Below are positions 10,979 through 22,153 of a DNA stretch of 64,000 nucleotides, in pieces. The stretch is from contig CAVSYN010000034.1 of the NCBI GenBank assembly GCA_963732115.1, positions 105,939 to 169,938 on the forward strand, in the 5' to 3' direction. The DNA is from an uncultured Bacteroidales bacterium (GTDB lineage Bacteria; Bacteroidota; Bacteroidia; Bacteroidales; VadinHA17). The position numbers were made by a program, and so were the translations under genes. A model generated the notes under the pieces. The model saw only the letters and a list, made by a program, of their open reading frames with translations. It had not been told where the DNA came from and did no database searches. The stretch's first letter is position 1. Every line of letters begins with the position of its first letter.

Positions 10979-13624
10979 ATGACATTTACACTAAAATCAA
11001 GTGAGATAAGACAGCTGTTTTTTGACTTTTTCCGCTCAAAAAACCACACTATAGTACCTTCTGCACCAATGGTCATCAAGAATGATCCGACCCTGATGTT
11101 CACCAATGCCGGGATGAATCAATTCAAGGATATATTTCTTGGAAATCACCAGCCTGTAAGCACCAGAGTCGCTAACTCCCAAAAATGTCTTAGGGTCTCC
11201 GGTAAGCATAATGACCTGGAAGAAGTGGGACATGATACCTACCATCATACTATGTTCGAAATGCTTGGGAACTGGTCGTTCGGTGACTATTTCAAGAATG
11301 AGGCTATAGCCTGGGCGTGGGAATTCCTCGTTGAGGATATGAAAATACCGGAAGACAGGTTGTATGCCACTGTTTTTGAAGGAAGTGCTGAAGAAAATAT
11401 ACCTCGTGATATTGAAGCCGCTGACTGCTGGAAGAAATGCTTCAAAAATCCTGAAGGCAGAATACTCGAAGGATCAAGCAAGGACAATTTCTGGGAGATG
11501 GGAGAAACGGGTCCATGCGGACCATGTTCAGAGATCCACGTAGATATAAGGGATGACTCCGAAAGAAAAAAGGTCCCGGGATACAAGCTTATCAACAATG
11601 GCCATCCGCAGGTTATTGAGATCTGGAACCTGGTGTTTATTCAATACAACAGGCTCTCCGGAGGAAAGCTGGAACAGCTTCCTTCGAAACATGTGGATAC
11701 CGGCATGGGATTCGAGAGGCTCTGCATGGTGGTCCAGGGAAAGAAATCAAATTACGATACTGATATTTTCCAGTCGATAATTGGCAAAATCACTGAAATT
11801 ACCGGTAAAAAATACGGAGTCAATGAAAGCCAGGATACTGCCTTAAGGGTTGTTGCTGACCACATAAGGGCAATAGCCTTTTCAATCGCCGACGGGCAAC
11901 TTCCCTCAAACAACAAGGCAGGCTATGTCATAAGAAGGATCCTTCGTCGGGCTGTCCGTTACGGTTATAACAATCTGGGAACCGAGGACCCATTCCTGTA
12001 CAGACTTGTCCCCACCCTGGCTGATGTTATGGGAGACAGCTACCCGGAGTTAAGGACAGGGAAGGACCATATTTCTGGTATAATTTATGAAGAGGAAGCT
12101 TCGTTTCTGAAAACACTTGGCAAAGGATTAAAACTGATCGGGAAGATGATTGAAGAGATGAAAAAGGACCGTTCGGATATTCTGCCTGGGAAGGTTGCCT
12201 TTGAACTCTATGATACTTACGGTTTCCCTGTCGACCTGACACAGCTGATCCTTAAAGAGAATAATATGAAAATCGATATTTCAGGATTTGAAAATGAGAT
12301 GAAGAATCAGAAAGACAGGTCGAGGGAAAATGCAGCCGTCGAAGCCGGAGACTGGATTGTGGTAAGGGAGTCGGGTGAAACTGAGTTCACAGGATATGAC
12401 AGGACTGAAGATGATGTTCTTATTACAAGATACCGTAAGACAAAGGTTAAGGGGAAAGAGGGTTTGCAGCTTTTATTTGATAAAACCCCGTTTTATGCTG
12501 AGTCAGGTGGCCAGGTTGGAGACACCGGGTATATCGTTTCAGGCAATGACAAGATCGTTGTTGACAATACTTTAAAAGAAAACAACCTTATAATCCACAT
12601 AAGCAGCAGTAAATTAAATGATCCACATGCACTTTTTCATGCTATTGTCGATATCGAAAAAAGGCAGGCTACAGCAAATAATCATACAGCCACCCATCTG
12701 CTTCATTTTGCATTAAGATCTATACTGGGAAACCATGTTGAGCAGAAAGGTTCACTGGTAACCCCTGACCGGCTCAGGTTCGATTTCAGTCATTTTGCAA
12801 AACTTACGAAAGAAGAAATACATAATGTCGAAGAATCAGTTAACAAATTGGTAAGGGAAAGCACAAACCTTAAGGTAACCGATGGAATTCCGATGAAGAA
12901 AGCCCTGGAAATGGGTGCCATGGCACTCTTCGGCGAGAAATACGGTGAAAAAGTGAGGGTGGTAACTTTTGGAAAGTCAGTTGAACTTTGCGGAGGAACA
13001 CATGTTTTAAACACTGGTAACATTGGAATTTTTAAAATAGTTTCTGAGGGAGCAATTGCCGCAGGCATCCGCAGGATTGAGGCCGTAACAGCCGGAAAAG
13101 CAGAAGAATACATTAACGATAAACTCGCGTCTGTAGAAGAGATTGCTTCAATTCTCAAGAGCTCAGGAAAAATTACGGAAAACGTGCAAAGGCTGGTGGC
13201 TGAAAACACACAGCTAAAAAAGAACATTGAGAAGTTCGAGATGCAGTCTGCCGCTGCCAGTATTAAAGAGCTTGAAAAAAAATCAATCGCAATAAACGGG
13301 ATAAATTTCATCTCCGGACAAATCGAAGACGGTTCGCCTGATATGCTCAGGACAATCGCATTCCAGATACGGAAAACATCTGAAAACACAGTTCTTGTTT
13401 TAGGCACAGAGTCGGGCGAAAAGGCACATGTTCTTGTAATGGTGAGCGACCTTCTTATAAAAGATAAAAACCTTAACGCAACGGCAATTATCAGGGAGAT
13501 TGCGGCAGAGATAAACGGAGGTGGAGGAGGCCAGCCATTCCTTGCAACAGCCGGAGGAAAGAATCCTTCAGGTATTCCTGCAGCTCTGAAGAAGGCAGAA
13601 GAATACATAAGAAAGGTCGTTTAA
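10979..13624 (+). CDS. alaS: Alanine--tRNA ligase
   Basis: Intact ORF of about 880 aa. FFDFFRSKNHTIVPSAP, MFTNAGMNQFKD, HHTMFEMLGNWSFGDYFK, GPCGPCSEIH, HTATHLLH editing-domain motif, C-terminal GGGGQPFLATAGG. Start taken at the second Met (MTFTLK). Confidence 0.98.
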   Translation: MTFTLKSSEIRQLFFDFFRSKNHTIVPSAPMVIKNDPTLMFTNAGMNQFKDIFLGNHQPVSTRVANSQKCLRVSGKHNDLEEVGHDTYHHTMFEMLGNWSFGDYFKNEAIAWAWEFLVEDMKIPEDRLYATVFEGSAEENIPRDIEAADCWKKCFKNPEGRILEGSSKDNFWEMGETGPCGPCSEIHVDIRDDSERKKVPGYKLINNGHPQVIEIWNLVFIQYNRLSGGKLEQLPSKHVDTGMGFERLCMVVQGKKSNYDTDIFQSIIGKITEITGKKYGVNESQDTALRVVADHIRAIAFSIADGQLPSNNKAGYVIRRILRRAVRYGYNNLGTEDPFLYRLVPTLADVMGDSYPELRTGKDHISGIIYEEEASFLKTLGKGLKLIGKMIEEMKKDRSDILPGKVAFELYDTYGFPVDLTQLILKENNMKIDISGFENEMKNQKDRSRENAAVEAGDWIVVRESGETEFTGYDRTEDDVLITRYRKTKVKGKEGLQLLFDKTPFYAESGGQVGDTGYIVSGNDKIVVDNTLKENNLIIHISSSKLNDPHALFHAIVDIEKRQATANNHTATHLLHFALRSILGNHVEQKGSLVTPDRLRFDFSHFAKLTKEEIHNVEESVNKLVRESTNLKVTDGIPMKKALEMGAMALFGEKYGEKVRVVTFGKSVELCGGTHVLNTGNIGIFKIVSEGAIAAGIRRIEAVTAGKAEEYINDKLASVEEIASILKSSGKITENVQRLVAENTQLKKNIEKFEMQSAAASIKELEKKSIAINGINFISGQIEDGSPDMLRTIAFQIRKTSENTVLVLGTESGEKAHVLVMVSDLLIKDKNLNATAIIREIAAEINGGGGGQPFLATAGGKNPSGIPAALKKAEEYIRKVV

Positions 13625-13702
13625 CAGTTGGTTCTTTCCTTTCAGGTTGATATTAACTTTGCGTCTTTTGTGTCTTCCTTACACCCTTTTAGGTTTAATT
13701 TG

Positions 13703-13710
13703 TATTTTTG
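13703..13710 (+). promoter_or_regulatory. Candidate -7 box TATTTTTG upstream of 13727 gene
   Basis: Matches TAnnTTTG, 17 nt before the ATG. Confidence 0.35.
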
Positions 13711-13726
13711 AGCCTTTTAAAGCATA

Positions 13727-14194
13727 ATGAAGAAACTACTTACTTTTTTCCCTGCCCTGCTTATCGCTGCCTGTACAGCCCTTATGCATTCCTGCGCACC
13801 GGAGGCATGCTTTGAAGAAACCACCTCATTCCTGAAAGCGACTTTTTACAGCAATACCACAACAGAAAAAGCTGCTCCGGACAGCCTTACTCTCTTTGGC
13901 ATGAACATGCAGACAGCTAAAATCTATAACAAAGCCGTCAAAGTGCAACCAGCCCTGTTTCCGTTGAATCCGTCTGCCAATAAATGTACATTCGTGATCA
14001 GGATCAACGGAGTAACCGATACGATACAGTTCCTTTACTCAAGCCATCCACACCTGATCTCGAAAGAGTGCGGATATACTTTTTACCATACCCTTGATAC
14101 TTTCTTTTATTCAAAAAATACAATCGATTATATTTACCGGAGCTCTGACAATATTACAACCCTGAATGAGGAGAACATACGCATATTTTACTAG
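13727..14194 (+). CDS. Hypothetical lipoprotein
   Basis: Lipobox-like LLIAACTALMHSC. No recognisable catalytic motif. Overlaps the next ORF by 29 nt. Confidence 0.5.
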   Translation: MKKLLTFFPALLIAACTALMHSCAPEACFEETTSFLKATFYSNTTTEKAAPDSLTLFGMNMQTAKIYNKAVKVQPALFPLNPSANKCTFVIRINGVTDTIQFLYSSHPHLISKECGYTFYHTLDTFFYSKNTIDYIYRSSDNITTLNEENIRIFY

Positions 14195-14915
14195 CCTCCT
14201 GATACTGTTCAATGCAGTTATTCTTAACGCCCAGGATACAGTAATTTTTCCCTTGAAAATCAGGGCTGCCATCGATGTTGTTGGACCGGGCTTCTATTTT
14301 TCAGACAAAAGCAACCTTAGTCTTGAAGGACACATTTCCCTTGACAGAAGCGAAAAAATGGCATATGTCCTCGAAGGTGGCTACCTCAATTACAAATACT
14401 CCCAGTACAATTATGATTATCTGGCGAAAGGTATTTTTATAAGGGCTGGTGTCGATTTCAATTTGCTTAAGGCTCAAGTTTCCACTGGCAAATACTGGGC
14501 GGGTATCGGATTGCGCTATGGTCTGAGCATGTACAATTCTGAAACTACATCATTACAATACGAAAATTATTGGGGTACAGCTACCTCATCGGTTCCCGGA
14601 CGGACCAGCATGGGGCATTTTCTTGAGATAGCTCCTGGAGTAAGAACCGAACTGTTCAGGAATTTCAGTTTCGGCTGGTCGGTAAGATTAAAGTTCCTGA
14701 TCTCAGCAGGCGGGGGAAAAGACCTGCGGCCCATTTACTTTCCAGGCTACGGAACGGGCAGCAAAACTGTTAATGCCGGTATCAATTATTATCTGATCTG
14801 GAGCATTCCGTTTAAAACAAAAAGAGTGATTAGCAAGCCTCCAGCGCCGGAAGAACCCGAGGAAACAGAAGAAGGTACCGTTAATCAAACACAGCAGCCA
14901 TCTTTCACTGACTAA
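14166..14915 (+). CDS. Hypothetical secreted protein, probable small outer-membrane beta-barrel
   Basis: Signal peptide ...LILFNAVILNAQD. Alternating aromatic/Gly-rich strands. C-terminal Pro/Glu-rich tail. Confidence 0.5.
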   Translation: MRRTYAYFTSLLILFNAVILNAQDTVIFPLKIRAAIDVVGPGFYFSDKSNLSLEGHISLDRSEKMAYVLEGGYLNYKYSQYNYDYLAKGIFIRAGVDFNLLKAQVSTGKYWAGIGLRYGLSMYNSETTSLQYENYWGTATSSVPGRTSMGHFLEIAPGVRTELFRNFSFGWSVRLKFLISAGGGKDLRPIYFPGYGTGSKTVNAGINYYLIWSIPFKTKRVISKPPAPEEPEETEEGTVNQTQQPSFTD

Positions 14916-14943
14916 TACAATAATCACTAATCCACGGAAACTG

Positions 14944-16395
14944 CTATTTTGTGGATTTATGGCTGAATGCTAATAGTCCCAGGAATGTAAGGAATCCGTT
15001 AAGAAGCAGAAGCTCAAATCCGAATTTATATCCATTAAAAAGCTCTTCGGAATACATGCTCAGGAAATAGCATACTACAGGCGAAAGAATTGCAATATAA
15101 GGGGTCACTTTGTCCTTTACCTGTCTGTTCGTAAATAGACCAAAGGAGAATAAACCCAGGAGCGGACCGTATGTGTAACCTGCAATGGTGAATAGTTTGT
15201 CAATAATTGCCCTGTCGTTCAGAGATCTGAAAATCAATATACTGATAAAGAAGATCAATGCAATCGTTACATGTACTGCATATCTTATTTTTGTTTTTTT
15301 TGATTCGGTCAGACCTTCTCGTTTTTCTAACCCCAGGAAATCAATGCTCACTGAAGTTGTAAGGGATGTAAGAGCTCCGTCGGCACTTGGGAAGGCAGCT
15401 GAAATAAGTCCAATAAGAAAGACTATTCCTGCAACAGGGGAAAGGTATTTGAAGGCGACTGTGGGAAAAAGATCATCGGTCATGGCAACATTGATACTTT
15501 TGCTCTGAGCATAGATAAGCAGAAAGGCTCCGAGTACGAGGAACAGGAAATTCACAAAAACAAGAATACCGCTGAAGGTAAACATGTTTTTCTGAGCTTC
15601 CTTCAGATTACGGCAGCTGAGGTTCTTCTGCATCATTTCCTGATCAAGCCCGGTCATTGAAATGGTTATGAACATGCCGCTGAGAAACTGCTTTACAAAA
15701 AATCTCTCATTATGCCAGTCAGTTATAAACATCTTCGAAACTGAGCTGTCAATAACTGTTCCGACCAGCTTAAACACGGAGGTTCCCATTTCCCTGCTGA
15801 TATATACCACTGATAGTATAACGGCAAGAAGCATAAATGTCGTCTGAAGAGTATCGGTCCATACAATCGTTCTTATCCCGCCTTTTAATGTATATAAAAT
15901 GATAAGGGCAATGAAAATAAGAACATTGACCCAGAAAGGGACATGCCAGGCATCAAAAACAAATATCTGTAAAACATTGATCACTAGAAACATGCGGAGA
16001 GAGGCACCAAGTATCCTGGAGAGGATGAAGAACCCGGCTCCCGTTTTGTATGACCAGAAGCCAAAACGCTTGTCAAGATAGGAATAAATTGATGTTAGTT
16101 TCAGCCTGTAATAAAGAGGAAGCAAGACCAGGGCAATAACAAAATAACCGAAAAGATAACCGAAAACTACCACCATATAGCTGAACTGTGTCTCCTTCAC
16201 CCAGCCCGGTACCGACATAAAGGTTACTCCTGAGAGTGATGCACCTATCATTCCATAAGCAACCACAAACCATGGCGATATCCTGTTACCAATATAAAAT
16301 GACTGATTATTTGCTTTCCGGGCTGTAATCCATGTGACCGTAAATAAAAGTACTGTATAGGTAAGGAATATGCCCAGAATGAGTAGCGGTGTCAT
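14944..16395 (-). CDS. Sodium:solute symporter family transporter
   Basis: Intact 483-aa ORF with about 13 hydrophobic segments. SSF-like N-terminus ...SFYIGNRISPWFVVAYGMIGASLSGVTFMSVPG. Confidence 0.8.
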   Translation of the reverse strand: MTPLLILGIFLTYTVLLFTVTWITARKANNQSFYIGNRISPWFVVAYGMIGASLSGVTFMSVPGWVKETQFSYMVVVFGYLFGYFVIALVLLPLYYRLKLTSIYSYLDKRFGFWSYKTGAGFFILSRILGASLRMFLVINVLQIFVFDAWHVPFWVNVLIFIALIILYTLKGGIRTIVWTDTLQTTFMLLAVILSVVYISREMGTSVFKLVGTVIDSSVSKMFITDWHNERFFVKQFLSGMFITISMTGLDQEMMQKNLSCRNLKEAQKNMFTFSGILVFVNFLFLVLGAFLLIYAQSKSINVAMTDDLFPTVAFKYLSPVAGIVFLIGLISAAFPSADGALTSLTTSVSIDFLGLEKREGLTESKKTKIRYAVHVTIALIFFISILIFRSLNDRAIIDKLFTIAGYTYGPLLGLFSFGLFTNRQVKDKVTPYIAILSPVVCYFLSMYSEELFNGYKFGFELLLLNGFLTFLGLLAFSHKSTK

Positions 16396-16482
16396 AAGAA
16401 GCTAAAATTAATCTGCAAGGATAGCAAAAAGTCAGCAGGGGAAAAAATCCGGACAGGTTTAGTTTTAAAGGCAATATTAGAC

Positions 16483-16490
16483 TAATTTTG
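16483..16490 (+). promoter_or_regulatory. Candidate -7 box TAATTTTG upstream of recR
   Basis: Matches TAnnTTTG, 17 nt before the ATG at 16507. Confidence 0.35.
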
Positions 16491-16506
16491 TTTAAAAGCT
16501 TGTTTT

Positions 16507-17121
16507 ATGAGTTTCTCAGAATATCCGTCTAAACTGCTTGAAAATGCAGTAAATGAATTTGCATCTCTCCCGGGTATCGGAAGGAAAACAGCATTCCGGC
16601 TCGTTATGAGCCTCCTGAAAAGAGATCCGGCTGAAGTGGAAAAGTTCGGGGAAAGCATAATTAAGCTTCACAGGGAAATTCATTACTGCACGATTTGCCA
16701 CAACTTATCCGATAACGAGATCTGTTCAATCTGCAGTGATGAAAAGAGAGACAAATCGGTGATCTGTGTTGTTGAAAGTATCCAGGACGTAATGGCAGTA
16801 GAGAATACCAGGCAATACAAAGGTGTTTATCATGTGCTTGGTGGCATCATCTCCCCGGTGGACGGTGTAGGCCCTGCGGACCTGAAAATCGACAGCCTGG
16901 AAGAAAAGGTTAAAAAAGGCGGCATTAATGAGGTCATACTGGCCCTGTCAACCACGATGGAAGGAGATACGACCAATTTTTACCTTTATAAGAGACTGAA
17001 TAAATACGATGTTATCCTGTCAACTCTTGCCAGGGGGGTAGCTATTGGGGACGAGCTCGAATATACGGATGAGATAACTCTTGGTCGTGCAATAAACAAC
17101 CGTAACCCTTATCAGCAATGA
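16507..17121 (+). CDS. recR: Recombination protein RecR
   Basis: [12 protein letters not shown] helix-hairpin-helix, C4 zinc finger [16 protein letters not shown], Toprim segment [25 protein letters not shown]. Confidence 0.95.
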   Translation: MSFSEYPSKLLENAVNEFASLPGIGRKTAFRLVMSLLKRDPAEVEKFGESIIKLHREIHYCTICHNLSDNEICSICSDEKRDKSVICVVESIQDVMAVENTRQYKGVYHVLGGIISPVDGVGPADLKIDSLEEKVKKGGINEVILALSTTMEGDTTNFYLYKRLNKYDVILSTLARGVAIGDELEYTDEITLGRAINNRNPYQQ

Positions 17122-18332
17122 TTGATTCAATCGACAGATTCCTGTCGGCGTCCGGCAAAAGCATGAAACGTTCCGCAATAAGGGAGATACTTAAGCTGCT
17201 TGAGAGACCTGGCATGATTTCCTTCGCAGGCGGTTTGCCTGCACCTGAAACTTTTCCTGTTGAGGACCTGAAGGAAATAGCGCTTGAAGTCCTCGATAAA
17301 CATGGCGCGGAAGCCCTGCAGTACGGAACAACTGAGGGAGACCCCGAGCTTAGGAGAATTATGGTCGAACGACATAGGAAACAAGGGTTTAATATCGGCA
17401 TAGAAAACCTTATTATCACCACAGGTTCTCAGCAGGCTATTGATCTCATCGGAAAAATATTCCTTGACCCGGGGGACTATGTTATATGCGGACTTCCCTC
17501 TTATCTTGGTGCAATTAATACATTCCGGGTTTACGGCGCAAAACTTAAGGGAATTCCTCTTGACGGATCCGGGATGAAATGTGATAAGCTTGAAGAAGCA
17601 ATAATTCAGCTGCAGAAGGATGGGGAGAGAGTGAAATTCATATATTTAATTCCGGATTTCCAGAATCCATCCGGTATAACGATGCCTGAAAAAAGGAGAA
17701 AAAAAATTATCGGTCTGGCAGAACGTTACAACCTTCTTATTATTGAAGATAGCCCTTACAGGGAAATAAGATTTGAAGGGAAACAGCAGAAGATGATGTA
17801 TGAACTTGACCGGACAGGCAGAGTATTGACTCTTTGCACCTTTTCGAAGATCTTTGCACCAGGATTCAGGGTCGGCTGGATAATGGGGAATCCGTTGATA
17901 CTTGACAAGATTGTAATGGCAAAGCAGACAACTGACCTTTGTACTTCGCCATTTGTTCAGAAAGTCATTGCAATGTATATTGAAAAGGGACTGCTTGAAA
18001 AGAACCTTAAAAATACGATAGATCTGTACCGGCAAAGGCGTTATTTTATGATAAAATGTTTCGAAAAATATATGCCCGCTGGAGTAACCTGGACTGAACC
18101 GGAAGGTGGATTGTTCTTGTTCATGACTTTACCCGGGGGTGCGAATGCTGATGCGATTCTCCTGAAATCAATCGAAAAGAATGTTGCATTTGTCAGCGGG
18201 TCAACTTTTTTCTCAAATGATTCAGGGCAGAATACCCTAAGAATTAACTTCTCATACTCTAATGAGGCTGTCATAGAGGAGGGGGTAAAAAGACTTTCCT
18301 CTGTAATCCGGGAGGAATTAAAGTCCTTTTGA
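17118..18332 (+). CDS. PLP-dependent aminotransferase (class I/II, 2-aminoadipate/MocR-like)
   Basis: [60 protein letters not shown] (PLP lysine context). ATGA overlap with the recR stop. Confidence 0.8.
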   Translation: MIDSIDRFLSASGKSMKRSAIREILKLLERPGMISFAGGLPAPETFPVEDLKEIALEVLDKHGAEALQYGTTEGDPELRRIMVERHRKQGFNIGIENLIITTGSQQAIDLIGKIFLDPGDYVICGLPSYLGAINTFRVYGAKLKGIPLDGSGMKCDKLEEAIIQLQKDGERVKFIYLIPDFQNPSGITMPEKRRKKIIGLAERYNLLIIEDSPYREIRFEGKQQKMMYELDRTGRVLTLCTFSKIFAPGFRVGWIMGNPLILDKIVMAKQTTDLCTSPFVQKVIAMYIEKGLLEKNLKNTIDLYRQRRYFMIKCFEKYMPAGVTWTEPEGGLFLFMTLPGGANADAILLKSIEKNVAFVSGSTFFSNDSGQNTLRINFSYSNEAVIEEGVKRLSSVIREELKSF

Positions 18333-18464
18333 CCTGAAATTCCACTTAGGTTTTGTTTCATAATTTCAGCGGCAACTGAAACATATTCGTGCTTTGGTTG
18401 TTAATCTCTCAGCAGAGAAACATTAATGGAAGCCTGAAAACAAACAACTGCATATATGCCAAGG

Positions 18465-19764
18465 ATGAACATAATATTGCCCGCAATGGGTGAAGGAATT
18501 ATTGAAGCAACAATAAACAAATGGCTCGTCAGTGAAGGTGCTGTCGTTAAGGAGGATGATCCAATTGTTGAGGTTGCAACGGACAAAGTTGATTCGGAGG
18601 TTCCTGCTCCTGCATCGGGTGTCTATCGTTGAAATAAAAGCGGCCGAAGGATCAGTAGCTGCTGTCGGAGAGACAATTGCCATCCTCGACACTAATATTG
18701 AGATTAAGCCTGAAGAAACAAAAAAAATTGAAAAGGAGGTAGAACGGATCCGTGAAACTATAAGATCGGATAAGCAAGAGAAAAAAGAAGTGTTCGCGGT
18801 ATCGCATGAAATGAAAAGCCGTACCCCGTCCGGTAAGTTCCTGTCACCACTTGTGAGGAATATTATTGCGCAGGAAGGAATAAGTTATTCAGACCTTGAT
18901 AAAATCGAGGGGACCGGCATGGATGGCAGGATTACCAGGGATGATATTCTTAAATTTATTGGTGACAGGAAGAAGAAAGTTACAGAATCTACAGAGTCTT
19001 CAGAACCGGCAGCTTCGGTAAAGGCGCAAGTCAGGGAACCTGTACAGGAGGCTTCACGGGAGGATGAGATTATCGAGATGGACAGAGTCCGCAAATTAAT
19101 GGCCGAACATATGGTGATGTCTAAAAGGACATCTCCACATGTAACCTCATTTATTGATGCTGATGTAACTCGCCTGATTAAGTGGAGAGACAGTATTAAG
19201 GATAAATTCCTTGCTGATGAAGGTCAGAAGCTCACCCTGACTCCGATATTTATTGATGCTATTGCCAGGGCTATCCACGATTTTCCCATGGTTAATATTT
19301 CAGTTGAAGGGAACAATATCATCAAGAAGAAGAACATAAATATCGGAATGGCTGCTGCTCTGCCTGACGGGAATCTGATCGTTCCGGTAATTAAAAATGC
19401 CAATGAAAAGAATCTTACGGGACTTGCGAGAGCTGTCAACGACCTGGCCGAAAGAGCCAGAAATGGTAAGCTTAAGCCGGATGAGATTACGGGTGGCACT
19501 TTTACTATTACAAATTTTGGCACTTTCAATAATCTCTCGGGCACTCCCATAATAAACCAGCCCCAGGTTGCCATTCTGGGAACCGGAGCAGTAAGGAAGA
19601 TGCCTGCAGTGATTGAAACACCTGATGGAGATGTTATTGCCATTCGTCACATTATGATATTATCCCTCAGCTATGACCATAGGGTAATAGATGGCGCTCT
19701 TGCAGGCAAATTTCTGAACAGGCTCAAGGAAATCTTTGAAAACTATGCTCCTGATATGGGTTAA
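18465..19764 (+). CDS. 2-oxoacid dehydrogenase E2 component (dihydrolipoamide acyltransferase); one frame break near 18620
   Basis: Lipoyl domain MNIILPAMGEGIIEATINKWLV..IVEVATDKVDSEVPAPASG, then ORF 18532-19764 with an E3-binding segment SPLVRNIIAQEGI and the catalytic LSLSYDHRVIDGA. An alternative start lies at 18456. Confidence 0.85.
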
Positions 19765-19864
19765 TAGTCCCTTTGGAAAACATTCATAACAATGAGAAAA
19801 TGGCTACGAGGGAGAAAAATAGCTCTCCTTCTGACAATTGAATGCTAAAATTCCTATATTTGTT

Positions 19865-22065
19865 ATGATGATTAAAGTCAGAGCAACAATATTTAGCCTT
19901 TTTCTGCAGCTAATTTCTCTGGTTGTATTTACTATTTCAGCCTCTGCTCAGTCAGGCGCAGGAATGAGGAAGATTTTTACACAGGCGGAATCCCTTTATC
20001 TTTTTGACGAAAGCGAACTTGCCAATCCACTGTATCTTCTTCTTGAAAAACCTGACAATTACAACATCCAGTATAAGATCGGAACCTGCTACCTTAACAT
20101 TCCTGGCGAGAAGGAAAAGGCCATTCAATTCCTGGAATCAGCAGTAAAGCATTCAAGTTATGAGGCCAAAATTTCTTCGTTCAGGGAAAAGAGGGCGCCG
20201 TTGGATTCATATTTCTTTCTGGCAAAAGCTTATATGATCAATAATGATCTCGATAAAGCCTTAAGTACATTCGAGATGTTTAAGAAGCTTGCCAGGGAAA
20301 CGGAGGAGAAGGGGGGTATGAAAAATCTGCCTTTTATAGACAGCCAGATCGAGGCCTGTAAAATCGCCAGGACCTATGAGGAGTCGCCCTCACTAATAAG
20401 TAAAAAATTAGTCAGTCCGGATTTCAGCCAGGGTTCACTTAATGAAAATCCTGCAGTGAGCTTTGATGGGAATACCATCGTTTATACGGAACGGAGAGGG
20501 ATCGTGAATGCTATCCTGTATTCGAAAAAGATAAGAGGCAAATGGCAACATCCCGGTGGAAATCACTTCCCAGCTTAAGGCAGGTGAGGATTGTTCTTCC
20601 TGCTCGCTTAACAGCGACGGCACTCTGCTCCTGCTTTACAAAACGGACAATTTTGACGGGAACATTTATTCATCTGAAAATATAAATGGGACCTGGACTC
20701 CTATAAAAAAGCTCAACAAGAACATAAATACAAAATATTACGAATCACATGCAGCTGTCTCGGCAGATGGGAAAAAGCTCTATTTCACCAGCAATATGAC
20801 AGGAGGAATGGGAGGGCTTGATATATATGTCGCTGAAAAGGATGGCTCAGGTGACTGGGGTCCTGCTAAAAACCTGGGGAGTAAGATAAATACGATTTTT
20901 AATGAAGATACTCCTTTCATTACCTTAAATGATTCATTGCTCTATTTCAGCTCAGAAGGTCACAGTGGAATGGGGGGATATGATATCTTCAGAAGCAATT
21001 TGTCCGGTTCAGGGTGGGAAGATCCTGAAAATCTTGGTTTTCCGGTCAACTCCACTGACGATGACAGGTTCTTCCAGCCATTCAACAACGATGAAAATGG
21101 TTTTTATTCAATTCACACGGATTATAAGAAAAAAGAGATATTTTATATCACCCTTTCCAGGCCTGAGCTTAACAAGGTTTTTGAAATAACAGGAAATTAC
21201 AGCCTGAAGGACACAGTAGTCAGATACGACGAAAAGAGTTCAATTTATCTGATTGAAAAAGTTTCAGGAGACACTCTTGATAACAGGCTATCCTGACAGT
21301 CAGACAGGTAAATACAGTTTTATAGTTGCACCGGGCAACTTCCGGCTTGTTTATACCTACCCTGGCTTTTACAAACAAAGAATTGACACGGCAATTACAC
21401 TAAGCAATGCTTCAAGGGTTATCAACCTTGCAGATATAGTGCTTGACAAGAATCCCCCTCTGGCCACACACGAAGTATACGAAAAACTTGATCTTTCAGA
21501 TATACCGGTGGTATCTGAAATCGATTCCAGCATTCTCATAAAAAATCTGAAGGTTCAGGATGTAACTGATAATGATATGCTTGATCCAACTATTCTGTAT
21601 TATACAGTACAGGTAATGGCCCTGTATAATCCTGTGGATGTCAGTTATTTTAAATATGTTTCGGATATCAGGGTACTGTATAACGATGCTGATCTGTTCT
21701 ATAGGTATGTAACCGGACATTTTAATTCAAAAGTTGATGCCTATTCCCATCTGAATGAACTTATTAATAAAGGTTATCCGGATGATCTGTTTGTAAAAAA
21801 GGTCACCAGGGTAAGCAGGGAAAAACAGGTTCCCGAAAAGAAATACTATACAATACAACTTAAGGCCTTAAAAACTCGGACAGATATAAAGACTGCATTC
21901 CCGGGACTTAACGGCGTCAGAGAAGTTGAGGAAATTGACGGATATCATTATTTTTACGGTCAATACACTTCGCGCGAGGAAGCCAGAACGGTCCTTCAAA
22001 GGGCTCACCTGGCAAAATTCAAAGATGCTTTTGTAAGAGAGATAAGTGTTATTGTTAAAAATTGA
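19865..22065 (+). CDS. Secreted TPR + PD40 (TolB-like beta-propeller) protein with two C-terminal SPOR-like repeats; two frame breaks
   Basis: ORFs 19838-20578, 20556-21296 and 21253-22065 are contiguous. Signal peptide ...FTISASAQS. Repeated D/G..LYF.S....GGYDIF PD40 motifs. C-terminal YYTVQVMAL... and YYTIQLKAL...DAFVREI repeats. Confidence 0.7.
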
Positions 22066-22153
22066 ATAAACGCTTATTTATTTACACTTAAAATGTTAAA
22101 AGGACATGGAGTCAAACACTTCCTGTTCAAATCTAACTCAAAATACCAAAACA

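Noticed and set aside
12790-13608. 272-aa ORF on the minus strand inside alaS. Similar long antisense ORFs occur at 36019-36723, 40797-41279, 42477-42995, 53913-54386 and 17042-17422.
   Set aside because: Each lies entirely antisense to a gene with strong family motifs. Their translations are low-complexity (Ser/Phe/Ile/Pro-rich) with no recognisable domain. These are shadow ORFs.
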